Origin: Candidatus Borrarchaeum weybense
Lineage (GTDB): Archaea; Asgardarchaeota; Sifarchaeia; Borrarchaeales; Borrarchaeaceae
DNA: 64,000 nucleotides
NCBI GenBank assembly: GCA_019057385.1
Contig: JAHQJS010000007.1
Coordinates: 64,001-128,000, forward strand
Reading direction: 5' to 3'
Shown here piece by piece: positions 10,007 to 18,774 of this stretch. The number at the start of each line of letters is the position of its first letter. Within the stretch, counting starts at the first letter, position 1. Under the pieces are notes generated by a model. That model ran no database searches, was not told where the DNA came from, and was given only the letters and a program-made list of their open reading frames with translations. A program made the translations under genes and the position numbers.

Positions 10007-10603
10007 TTAAAACACTCCAAATAGTGTCAATAGGCCAAAAACAATGAAGATTATACCTGAAACAATGTGCAACATTTTCGGAGATATTATCCGTGAAAAA
10101 GATTCGCCTACAAGCACTCCAATTCCACTTACTAAGGCTAAGCCTGAAAGTACACCAAGAAGTACCACAAATGGTAGTTGATAATTTGCGACAAGAAGAA
10201 TTGTAATAATTTGCGTTTTATCTCCGAGTTCAGCTAAAGCAACAAAACTAAATGCAGTCAAAAAAAGAGAAGAATGTTGATCTACCATAAGACTTTCATC
10301 ATTTATCTTTTCATCGCTTGTGTTTTTGGATTTGACAAGGAGTATCACGCCAAATACAATGAAAATGATTCCTGTCGAGAATCGAATAAATAAATAGGGA
10401 ACAAATTGAACAATAATCTGCCCGATAAGTACACCTACTCCATTAATTAGAATAAATCCAGTCATCGCTGCTACAAACACAATGACAGGCTTTCTGGATT
10501 TTGCAGTCAGTATGATTATAGCTAACTGTGTCTTATCTCCTAACTCTGATATTGTTAATAGAAGAAATGTTGCAAGAAAGACATCAATAGACACAGAAAT
10601 CAA
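10007..10603 (-). CDS. TMEM165/GDT1 (UPF0016) Mn2+/Ca2+ transporter
   Basis: Two ELGDKTQ motifs, six TM helices. Confidence 0.93.
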   Translation of the reverse strand: MISVSIDVFLATFLLLTISELGDKTQLAIIILTAKSRKPVIVFVAAMTGFILINGVGVLIGQIIVQFVPYLFIRFSTGIIFIVFGVILLVKSKNTSDEKINDESLMVDQHSSLFLTAFSFVALAELGDKTQIITILLVANYQLPFVVLLGVLSGLALVSGIGVLVGESFSRIISPKMLHIVSGIIFIVFGLLTLFGVF

Positions 10604-10777
10604 TCCGTTAACTTTTAAATTAAACTTGAGACTTTAATTCGCAATTCTTTAAAATTGTATCGAAAAGCATCCAAGAAGATATGTTCTGTACTGAGTTATT
10701 TGATATTAAAAAAGAATGATTTTAAATTTGTTAAATAAAAAGCATTCAAAGAAAAGTATAGGAGGAGAAGAGTAGTT

Positions 10778-12376
10778 CTAGCGCTGCCACTTAGGCACTC
10801 GAAGCATTGTATCACAGAATCCGCATTTAATATATCCTTCTTCGTCTACTTTATCCATATCAAGCATCCCTCCACATTCTGGACATGCTTTATCTACTAC
10901 GTCGATTTCCTGAGTTATTTCTATGTTCTTCTTTACGTCTTGCATGACCTCAAAGATGAAACCAGTAAGAATAGCCTCTTCATTTGAATATACTGCGACT
11001 GTTAACAACCCCTGACCCGCATAACCTGATGCTGTGATTTCTGTTGCAAAATCGAATTCACCGTATTTAGTCCTTCCAATATAGGCGCTGTAGGCAATGT
11101 AATGATCTCCGTGTTCTCCAACAAACCTTTCATCCCGATCGATGGGTATAAGCCCTCTGACTCGTTGTTCTGCCATTGCAAACGCCACGTTTGGATCACC
11201 ATCAAATTTGAAACTTGCTTTATTACTTTTTAGCTTCCCTTTCTTTAGGGACATCAAAATCCATTCTTGGTCGGCATCCTCTCCCGTAAGCATAGGACAT
11301 ACGGATTTTAGTTCTAGGGGTTTCATGTCCTGTGTATATAATTTTCCTGTAGGATCGCGGAACATGATTATCCCGGTCAAAATGTCGTCAACGCAGCGAA
11401 TGGGCTGAAGCTGAAAATTCGCTGACTGAGAACCACCAGGCTTAATTACTCCCAGATCTATTATACCTGTTTTCGGATTGATTTTTTCAAGGGCTTGAGG
11501 AGTTTCTAACTTTACACTGACATCTGTGATGCTCTGGGGTGAATTGTTTTCAACTTTGATACCAACTTTCAAATATTGTCCTGCGGTTTCATATCCCCGT
11601 TTCGAAGATACCAAACCTGGAACAAACGATGCGTCAGAAAATGCTAATGTTGCTTCAGGACTGCCTGCTGGGTTTGTTACAATGGGCGTTAAAGGTATCG
11701 TTTGGAGTTTCTTTCGTTGTCTAAATACCACAACGCCTAATACTGCAATAATGGATAATCCTATGACTATACCAAAAAATGCCTCTATTGGCATATCTGG
11801 AATTGGAGATTTAATGCCAATATCCCTTTCTGCATAAACATCATAGGTCCATGTGTTTGCTTCGAGGTTATTTACAATATATTGTCCGTTATACTTAAAT
11901 GAATAATAGAATGCTAGCCAAATATCTACTCTACCTTCATAATCACTAGGTAACTCATCGAGGTTTAATTTAGTGTCATATCTTTCGCCATTATTTGACA
12001 ACGTGTGGGAGATATCATCTCCGCCACTGAAAGTATGATCCATATCTACTGTACTAACTTCCCACTGATACCCTTCGATCAACAATTCTGAACCTGGTTC
12101 GATCCCACGTATTTGAAGTTCTCCGCGACATGATGCTTGATCTCGCTCACGGATCGGTTCTTGGACTCTTAAGATCACAACAAATTCACAGCGCCACATA
12201 CCATTCTGCTGATCGTAGACTTGGTAATGTCTCTCCTCGTATCTTTCTTGGCTATCTTGTGCAACAGTAGCGTTAGGGAATACTGTCATTGCTAGTAAAA
12301 GGAATGCAAGACAGGCGATAACAACAACTCTGCCTTTTTTCACTGTTTTTTCCCTCTTAAAATTTTTAAGCTCCAT
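10778..12376 (-). CDS. Single-pass membrane protein: signal peptide, ectodomain, TM, cytoplasmic Ig-like + alpha/beta domain, Zn ribbon
   Basis: Signal ..NATVA; TM FFGIVIGLSIIAVLGVVVF-RQRKK; KVENNS..ITDV.V.L beta-sandwich; CPECGG...CGFC. Confidence 0.75.
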   Translation of the reverse strand: MELKNFKREKTVKKGRVVVIACLAFLLLAMTVFPNATVAQDSQERYEERHYQVYDQQNGMWRCEFVVILRVQEPIRERDQASCRGELQIRGIEPGSELLIEGYQWEVSTVDMDHTFSGGDDISHTLSNNGERYDTKLNLDELPSDYEGRVDIWLAFYYSFKYNGQYIVNNLEANTWTYDVYAERDIGIKSPIPDMPIEAFFGIVIGLSIIAVLGVVVFRQRKKLQTIPLTPIVTNPAGSPEATLAFSDASFVPGLVSSKRGYETAGQYLKVGIKVENNSPQSITDVSVKLETPQALEKINPKTGIIDLGVIKPGGSQSANFQLQPIRCVDDILTGIIMFRDPTGKLYTQDMKPLELKSVCPMLTGEDADQEWILMSLKKGKLKSNKASFKFDGDPNVAFAMAEQRVRGLIPIDRDERFVGEHGDHYIAYSAYIGRTKYGEFDFATEITASGYAGQGLLTVAVYSNEEAILTGFIFEVMQDVKKNIEITQEIDVVDKACPECGGMLDMDKVDEEGYIKCGFCDTMLRVPKWQR

Positions 12377-12637
12377 AATTATCTAAGTTAATTTTTCACC
12401 GATCCTTAATATTTTTTTTGAGAACTTTCTTCGTATATTTAGAACTTTCGCAATTCTTTACCAGTAAAAATCAGATTAATACAAAGAAAACGAGATCCAC
12501 AGAATAATCTCTTTTCAACCAAAAAAGCTCTACGATCTTGTTTTAAAAAAAATAGGATGTTCTTGTGTAATTGTGATAGTACAGTATACTATTTGCTTCT
12601 CGGACTGTCCTTCATTTTTTATCTACTTTTATGCAGT

Positions 12638-12670
12638 AAAACCCCTTCCTTTAGGTGGTGATCAATTCAA
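12638..12670 (+). repeat. Possible degraded IS200/IS605 end hairpin
   Basis: AAACCCCTTCCTTTAGGTGGTGATCAATTCA loosely resembles the IS end hairpins elsewhere in the window. Confidence 0.3.
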
Positions 12671-12717
12671 GCATTGGCTTCAATGAGGCTCTAAAAATGT
12701 GTGTAGATTATAGAAAA

Positions 12718-13509
12718 CTATGTTTCCTTCAGAGAATGTTCTTTCCACTCTTCGATAAGTTTTTTGGTTTTTTTCCGAAGACGGGTTTTTTCTGAGAAGT
12801 AGTCATCTGGGAGAAGCACAAGAGGAACAAACTTACAGGTTTCTCGAAGTTCAATATTTCTCTCTCTTTTTCTTAGAAGAAGAAGTGCGTAGCGTTTTGC
12901 CTTTTCAATAAATTCAGCGTCAAATATATATGATTTTATGAGAATTTCAAACTCTTTACAATCTTTGTGTTCTTTTCGAACTGTAACAATAGTCGTGTCC
13001 CCACGTGTGATAACGAATTCTGAGTTACCTAGGACTTCTTTTTCTAATGTGACATTTTCGAGTGATAATATATTTCCTTTCTTTATCGCAAAAAGCGGTT
13101 GTTCTATACCTTTACTTCCAATCGACTTTGTTAATACCTTGACATAGCATTCCTTGGGGGGCTTCAGACAGGGGCCTGCCTCATATCTCATCTTAATTTG
13201 AAGTGCAATTTCTTTTCCCGTCTCTGTGAGAACATATCGCATTACTGGAGAGTTAATTCTCTTACAGTCCTTTCTTACAATAAGTCCTCCTTTTAAAAAG
13301 CGCCGAACCATTTTTAAAAGTATCTTTGATCCAATATTAAGCTTTCCAGCGTACCAGAAAAGCAATTTACCACCTTGAGAAAGCGCTGACGTACCAATAT
13401 CCCATCGTTCATACATGGGAAAAATGCCTTCGTTTTCATGGAGAAGAACAAGAAAATGATCTTCTAGATCCGATAAAGCACTGTTCAGAATTATTACCTC
13501 ACGGAACAA
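12718..13509 (-). CDS. Hypothetical protein with winged-helix-like N-terminal region
   Basis: Long ORF; GGLIVR...RYVLTETGKE wing motif; the called TTG start lies inside the mini-IS scar. Confidence 0.6.
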   Translation of the reverse strand: MFREVIILNSALSDLEDHFLVLLHENEGIFPMYERWDIGTSALSQGGKLLFWYAGKLNIGSKILLKMVRRFLKGGLIVRKDCKRINSPVMRYVLTETGKEIALQIKMRYEAGPCLKPPKECYVKVLTKSIGSKGIEQPLFAIKKGNILSLENVTLEKEVLGNSEFVITRGDTTIVTVRKEHKDCKEFEILIKSYIFDAEFIEKAKRYALLLLRKRERNIELRETCKFVPLVLLPDDYFSEKTRLRKKTKKLIEEWKEHSLKET

Positions 13510-13538
13510 GCCCCCTCACTTGTTAGGGGGTGATTGAC
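13495..13538 (-). mobile_element. 44-bp deletion derivative of the IscB/HEARO-type element family at 60229-60620
   Basis: ATTATTACCTCA (as at 60224-60235) joined directly to CCTCACGGAACAAGCCCCC...GGGGGTGATTGAC (as at 60579-60620). Confidence 0.8.
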
Positions 13539-13551
13539 ATAATCAGCCTAA

Positions 13552-14298
13552 TCATATGGACAGACATTTTATGCCTCTGTTCATACATACCTTCAAAAAT
13601 GGGTTTACACAACTGCACATCGACCCTTCAACGCCTTCCATCGGTACCCGTATGACGTTGCACAACTGTCCCCATTTCTTATTCCAGTTGATCAATGTTG
13701 CAACAAACTTTTCTGAGAGAATATCAAAAGATAGGGGCCCTTCTGTAATCTTAAGGGAAGTAAGTTTTTCTGCTAGATTTACTACTGCTTTTCTTGCGTC
13801 TGCATCATCGCTACACACTATAACGTCACAAGTCAATTCTTCGTCAATTTCAGACAGACATTCTGCTCCAAGAGGTTTGAAGGCTGAAACAACTCTCACA
13901 TGGTTTCCTAATATCTGACTTGCTTGTTGAGCACAGGAACCAGCTTCAGTTTGCATAAAAACTGGCTCACCATCATCTGTTAATTCTATCGGAAGTGTTG
14001 TATCTACTAAAATGGTATTCTCGTTCAGATATTCTTTTATTTCTTCAAGTATAGGAATTTGTTCTTGAAATGGAACAGTTAGAACAACAATATTTGCGTT
14101 TTTTGCGGCGGCGTCCAATTTCATAGCAGTGACACGATCTTCTGGTGCGCCTGTAATATTTCGAATTTCTTCTGCGATTTCAATAGCAAATTTCTCATCC
14201 TTAGATCCAATAATGAGGTTGACATCATTATGTTTCGCCCATCGTAAGGCAAAACCTATCGCGCGTTTATCCTTTGCATCTATTATGGCAACCTTCAT
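13552..14298 (-). CDS. NADPH-dependent F420 reductase (NpdG/Fno)-like protein, divergent
   Basis: ALRWA, IIGS, VLTVPF, GSCAQQ, VVSAF, CDVIVCSDDADA; the GGTG loop is missing. Confidence 0.8.
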   Translation of the reverse strand: MKVAIIDAKDKRAIGFALRWAKHNDVNLIIGSKDEKFAIEIAEEIRNITGAPEDRVTAMKLDAAAKNANIVVLTVPFQEQIPILEEIKEYLNENTILVDTTLPIELTDDGEPVFMQTEAGSCAQQASQILGNHVRVVSAFKPLGAECLSEIDEELTCDVIVCSDDADARKAVVNLAEKLTSLKITEGPLSFDILSEKFVATLINWNKKWGQLCNVIRVPMEGVEGSMCSCVNPFLKVCMNRGIKCLSI

Positions 14299-14357
14299 TG
14301 GACTTTCCCTCGATTCCGTATAAAGTATCTACAGGATATTTATTTTTAACTATTGGA

Positions 14358-16289
14358 CTACTTTAACTTGCTTGATAGTTTTTTGTTCAGTTCAATGAGT
14401 TTTTTCCTGATCTCTGCGCGTCTATTTACAAGCTTCTCGATCTCAGTTTCCTGCTCGGATAATTTATTAACATAATTCTTGCGTAATTTGACTTCTTCTT
14501 CACTAGTTCCAAGTGCTTTGATATTCTCTCTAAGACGTTGTTGTTCAGTATTTGCAGCATCAACCATAGTTTCCAAATGTTCTTCTTCTTGTTCTAGGTC
14601 TTTGATTTCCTTTTTAATTTTTATAATTTCTAATAACTGAGCATACTGATGTTCTTGGATGAGTTTATCGGCCAATAATCGATCTAAATCTTCTTTTGTA
14701 AGGTGCGCTTTATATGTTGAAGTATATCTAACTCGCTCCAATTCAAGTTTCGCTGTAAATGTTTCTTTTGGTTCAAGCGTAAATTGATAACGTAAATAAT
14801 TGTTTGTCTTTTCTATTGGAAGTTCTTTCCCGATAGGCTTAAAATCTGATTTTGGTTCATCGATAATTAAAATTAGTTTTTCCTTTTTCTTGTTTTTCAC
14901 GTCATATGTTATAATCTGTTTTTCAAGTAATCGTTCTGCTATGTATTCCTTGCTGATGTCTACTCCAACACCACGTGATTCATAGCGTGTCTCTCGATTT
15001 ATAAGAACTTCTTGTTCCAATGCATAATTTAGCAGGCTTTCATCACCAACACGAAGATGACTCATCATACATTCTCCGGAATATGCATTGTCAATAAAAA
15101 CTGTCGCAGGACCAGCTTCTATAACGATGTTTGAGGGAGAGTCGTTTACAATTTTTAGACACGACAATGGGTTTTTATCAGTCTTGCCAGGAACATAGTA
15201 AGCTATCTTGCTTGAAGGAACCTTTGCTTGGAACAAAGGAACCAAGGCACTTTGATTTCTGAGAATCTTCACAGGAGAATCTATTTTGAACACGAAGAAA
15301 TCTCCAACTTCCTCTGTAGTAGCGGCTGTTTGAACTGACTTATCGAATTCTTCAGCTAAATCTGCTGCAAAAGCCATACCTGAAGTAGGGGCGGGAGCAG
15401 GTGGTGCGTATTCTTTTTCAGCTTTTGTTTTTTTGGCTCGCATTCCTCTTCTTCTATCAGAAGTCATATCTTCCAATGTACCTTCTGCAATAACGGGTTC
15501 AATTCCATATTGAGATGGACGTTCGATACGTGGTCTCATTATACGCCACGGTGAATAAAGATCGTACACGAATGAAATAGGTAATCCCGTCACCAGGGTC
15601 AACATAACATTATCCCAGTCATTTGTAGTAGTATTGTCTACAATCGCCCATCCTTGAATGGCTGCCTCATCTTCAGAATGAATAAGTCTATAAGCGATCT
15701 TCCAAGAAGGTATGGAACCAATGAAACCAATGAAAACGTCCTTTTGTTCTTCACTCGTAAAATTGATGCTTATCGCTTTTATATTCTCCCGCTTAGTATT
15801 GGAGATGGTTTCTAACGCAATATCCAAGTCCTTCTGCAATTTTTCATTTCTTATAGAGATTCCTTGAATATCTAAAGATCGAATTATATTAATTTTACCA
15901 GAATGATCTTTTATTAAAGCCACAAAAACTTCTCGTTTTTCTGTTTCCTCGCTTTCAGTTCCAACAATTTTTCCTAGAATAGTACTTTCTTTAAGGGCAA
16001 TTTCTACTTCTTCTCCAACCAGTTCGCGAAGTAGTCCTTTGAAGGATTCAGTCGTAGGGACAGTAATACTTAGCGATCTCAAAATTTCATTAATCTCGAC
16101 TTTTGAATCAAACGCAACATTCCTAACTTTATCGCCCTTAACAAGCACGATCAGGGATTTGAGAAGGTCATCTAATGCTTCTTGCTTAAAAAACAGCTTC
16201 AGTTCTTTACTATCATGCATTCCAGTTGCAGCGAAGAATCCCACGCCGCAACGATAGAGTACAACTTCTGAGATTTTAACATCTGACAC
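14358..16289 (-). CDS. DUF4139-family protein with C-terminal coiled coil
   Basis: VVLYRCGVGFF, DDLLKSL, PSWKIAYRL, GWAIVDNTT.NDW.NV.LTLVTG.P. Confidence 0.82.
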   Translation of the reverse strand: MSDVKISEVVLYRCGVGFFAATGMHDSKELKLFFKQEALDDLLKSLIVLVKGDKVRNVAFDSKVEINEILRSLSITVPTTESFKGLLRELVGEEVEIALKESTILGKIVGTESEETEKREVFVALIKDHSGKINIIRSLDIQGISIRNEKLQKDLDIALETISNTKRENIKAISINFTSEEQKDVFIGFIGSIPSWKIAYRLIHSEDEAAIQGWAIVDNTTTNDWDNVMLTLVTGLPISFVYDLYSPWRIMRPRIERPSQYGIEPVIAEGTLEDMTSDRRRGMRAKKTKAEKEYAPPAPAPTSGMAFAADLAEEFDKSVQTAATTEEVGDFFVFKIDSPVKILRNQSALVPLFQAKVPSSKIAYYVPGKTDKNPLSCLKIVNDSPSNIVIEAGPATVFIDNAYSGECMMSHLRVGDESLLNYALEQEVLINRETRYESRGVGVDISKEYIAERLLEKQIITYDVKNKKKEKLILIIDEPKSDFKPIGKELPIEKTNNYLRYQFTLEPKETFTAKLELERVRYTSTYKAHLTKEDLDRLLADKLIQEHQYAQLLEIIKIKKEIKDLEQEEEHLETMVDAANTEQQRLRENIKALGTSEEEVKLRKNYVNKLSEQETEIEKLVNRRAEIRKKLIELNKKLSSKLK

Positions 16290-16408
16290 TAAAACGCCTC
16301 CAGATCTACTATATGCTATAAAATAATAATGAAGATATCATTATAATAAAAAATGCTCTCGTTACTTATTAAACTTCTTCAAAAGAAACAAAGATAAAAA
16401 AAGACTTG

Positions 16409-17152
16409 CTAGACTCGACTTTTGATGCCAAATTGATAAACTTCAATATTATTTTCCTTACAGGCGACAATTCTACTCTCAGAAATTTCAATGCAGACAA
16501 TTGCCTTACGTATCTTTTCATGCGGTATACCAAATTTCTTGGCATATGGGATGGAGAATCGACTCACTTGCCCTATAGCAGCATCAGTTCCCTTAATCTC
16601 AATTTCAACCAACATGTGATTTTCCTTTGAATCAATAAAAACCATATCGATTACTCCACCCTCAACTTCAACTTCTCGAGATTCGTATTTTAACCCTTTT
16701 TCAATCATAGAAGGGAAGTTTGCTAAAATTCTATCAATATCCTCCTCAGATAAAGCCAGTTGTTCAAATCCTTCTATTTGGTCAGATTCAAGAAGTTTTT
16801 CTAGATAAAAACTTATCTCAAACTTCTGTCCTTTTCCGCCCTTTTCATTAGGAAAGATATGCCACGGTCGTTCTTGATCCATTACAAGAAGTATCGGTAT
16901 CTGATTTACATTCAATTTTTTACTTCTTGAGATTGGTAACATACCCCCTCCACTACTACTTACACGCACTTGTGCTCTTTGGCTCGCTTTTCTTATCTGA
17001 TCTAAGATTGTTTCAATTTCGGTTTCGCTAAGCATATTTGAGGTGATTATTTGATAATCGATTTGATGTTTTTCCTTAACTTTTTCTAATAGATCCTTAA
17101 TATCCCTTAGATTTTCATAGTTTTCTTTGATGTAAAGAACATGTTTTCTCAT
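16409..17152 (-). CDS. NucS-like PD-(D/E)xK nuclease domain fused to an unknown N-terminal domain
   Basis: EEDI..ILANFP..IEKGL....RE..V.GG.ID...D......VEI....AIGQV.R. Confidence 0.75.
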   Translation of the reverse strand: MRKHVLYIKENYENLRDIKDLLEKVKEKHQIDYQIITSNMLSETEIETILDQIRKASQRAQVRVSSSGGGMLPISRSKKLNVNQIPILLVMDQERPWHIFPNEKGGKGQKFEISFYLEKLLESDQIEGFEQLALSEEDIDRILANFPSMIEKGLKYESREVEVEGGVIDMVFIDSKENHMLVEIEIKGTDAAIGQVSRFSIPYAKKFGIPHEKIRKAIVCIEISESRIVACKENNIEVYQFGIKSRV

Positions 17153-17198
17153 ATCTACTCACTTTATTTTACGACTTCGCATTGTGTTTTTGGATGAT

Positions 17199-17232
17199 TA
17201 AATAAAAGGAATCACTAAATAAAAGGAATCAC
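17199..17232. repeat. Perfect 17-bp tandem duplication TAAATAAAAGGAATCAC x2
   Basis: Read directly at 17199-17215 and 17216-17232. Confidence 0.9.
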
Positions 17233-17406
17233 TTTCTCTGAATTAGAAAGTTTGATAATTGAGGGAAATTTTCAAATTCTTGATACTGTAAACATGTATT
17301 ATTATTCTACACCAAAATTGTTTATGGTAACTATTTCGCAAGAAGACCCCTCAACTTGTTAGGGGGGATGAATTGCGTTTTCACTTTCACCATAGTGTCC
17401 CCAATC

Positions 17407-17414
17407 TTTAAATA
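17407..17414 (+). promoter_or_regulatory. Putative TATA box for tnpB inside the IS left end
   Basis: TTTAAATA about 29 nt before the ATG; conserved at 2096-2103 in the ORF-less copy. Confidence 0.55.
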
Positions 17415-17442
17415 GGTTTTTGCGTCTAGTACATCTAATAAA

Positions 17443-18621
17443 ATGAATAACAGAGGGAAAACAGGGATAGGTGTGATGAAACGGACTTACAGATATCGCC
17501 TGTACCCGACCACACAACAGGCGACTACTTTAACTCAATGGCTCACTACCTGTCGACTGTTGTACAACAACGGTCTTGCCGAGCGGAAAAACGCATGGGA
17601 AACTTATAAAAAATCAGTTACCTATGGTGAGCAAGCTAATCAACTGAAAGGCGCTAAAAAGACCAACCAGTTTTTACAAGCAGTTCATTCTCAGGTACTC
17701 CAAGACACACTGAGAAGACTGGATAAGACTTTTAACAACTTTTTTAGACGCATCAAGAAGGGTGAGAAAGCAGGTTACCCGCGATTTAAGGGGAAATACC
17801 GATATGACTCTTTTACCTACCCGCAAAGTGGGTTCACCCTCGATTACCGCAAGAAGAAACTCCGCCTCTCGAAGATTGGAGCTATCACCATTAAACTACA
17901 CCGTCCTATCCCCTCTGAAGGCGTGATCAAGACCTGTACCATCAAACGCGATGTCGACCACTGGTATGCTTGTTTTTCAGTAGAACTTCCCAATCATGAG
18001 TCCCAGAGAAAGCTACAGAAAGCGATAGGGGTAGATGTTGGGCTGAAGAGTTTACTGACGTTAAATAATGGGGAGACCATAGCTAACCCCCGCTGGTTGA
18101 GAACGTCAGAGAAGAAAGTAGCCAAAGAGCAGCGAAGGAAAGACAGGAAGGTTAAGGGCTCAAATAACCGCTACAAGCAGAACAAAAAGGTAGCACAGGT
18201 ACATAGGAAGATACACTATCAACGAAAGGACTTTCATCACAAGCTCAGTCGGAAATTGGTCGATAACTATGACCTAATTGTGTATGAGAACTTAAAGATC
18301 ACCAACATGGTCAAAAACCATCATGTAGCTAAGTCGATTAGTGACGCAGGATGGGGACAACTAATGTGTTTTACGGAGTACAAAGCGGAGGAAGCTGGTA
18401 CTCTCGTAGAATATGTGAGTGCCTATAATACCACACAACTGTGTAGCCAGTGCGGGAAGCTGGTGCCGAAAACACTGGCAACACGAATCCACAGCTGTCC
18501 TTACTGTGGACTGGTGTTAGCTAGAGACCATAATTCTGCCATCACGGTGTTACACCGATCAACCCGCTATTTAGAATCACTGTCATCATCAGGGCAGGGA
18601 CTGCCCGTCGAGCCTGTTTGA
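17443..18621 (+). CDS. tnpB: RNA-guided endonuclease TnpB
   Basis: YRYRLYPT N-terminus, RuvC-I GVDVG, RuvC-II VYENL, Zn finger CSQC/CPYC, RuvC-III RDHNSA. Confidence 0.96.
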   Translation: MNNRGKTGIGVMKRTYRYRLYPTTQQATTLTQWLTTCRLLYNNGLAERKNAWETYKKSVTYGEQANQLKGAKKTNQFLQAVHSQVLQDTLRRLDKTFNNFFRRIKKGEKAGYPRFKGKYRYDSFTYPQSGFTLDYRKKKLRLSKIGAITIKLHRPIPSEGVIKTCTIKRDVDHWYACFSVELPNHESQRKLQKAIGVDVGLKSLLTLNNGETIANPRWLRTSEKKVAKEQRRKDRKVKGSNNRYKQNKKVAQVHRKIHYQRKDFHHKLSRKLVDNYDLIVYENLKITNMVKNHHVAKSISDAGWGQLMCFTEYKAEEAGTLVEYVSAYNTTQLCSQCGKLVPKTLATRIHSCPYCGLVLARDHNSAITVLHRSTRYLESLSSSGQGLPVEPV

Positions 18622-18682
18622 CATGTCCCGTTGGGGAATGGAGGATACAGGAAGCCACCCTACTTGTAGGGTGGTAGTTCAC
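18589..18682 (+). ncRNA. TnpB omegaRNA scaffold overlapping the tnpB 3' end
   Basis: Established TnpB locus layout; conserved in the copy at 2176-2269; 5' limit uncertain. Confidence 0.78.
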
Positions 18683-18774
18683 GGTTGCAAAGAAGCTGTG
18701 ATCCCAATACTTGTGACCTGATGGAACAAAACTTCTGATATTACTCTCAATCCATTTATTAAGGTAAGCACATA

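Larger units (their letters stand above)
17336..18682 (+). mobile_element. IS200/IS605-family (IS1341-type, tnpB-only) insertion sequence
   Basis: Left-end hairpin, tnpB ORF, right-end hairpin CCACCCTACTTGTAGGGTGG, TTCAC terminus; no tnpA. Confidence 0.92.

Noticed and set aside
18683-18703. TnpB guide possibly targeting AGCTGTGATC near 23030
   Set aside because: Only about 10 nt match and not in the TAM-proximal seed
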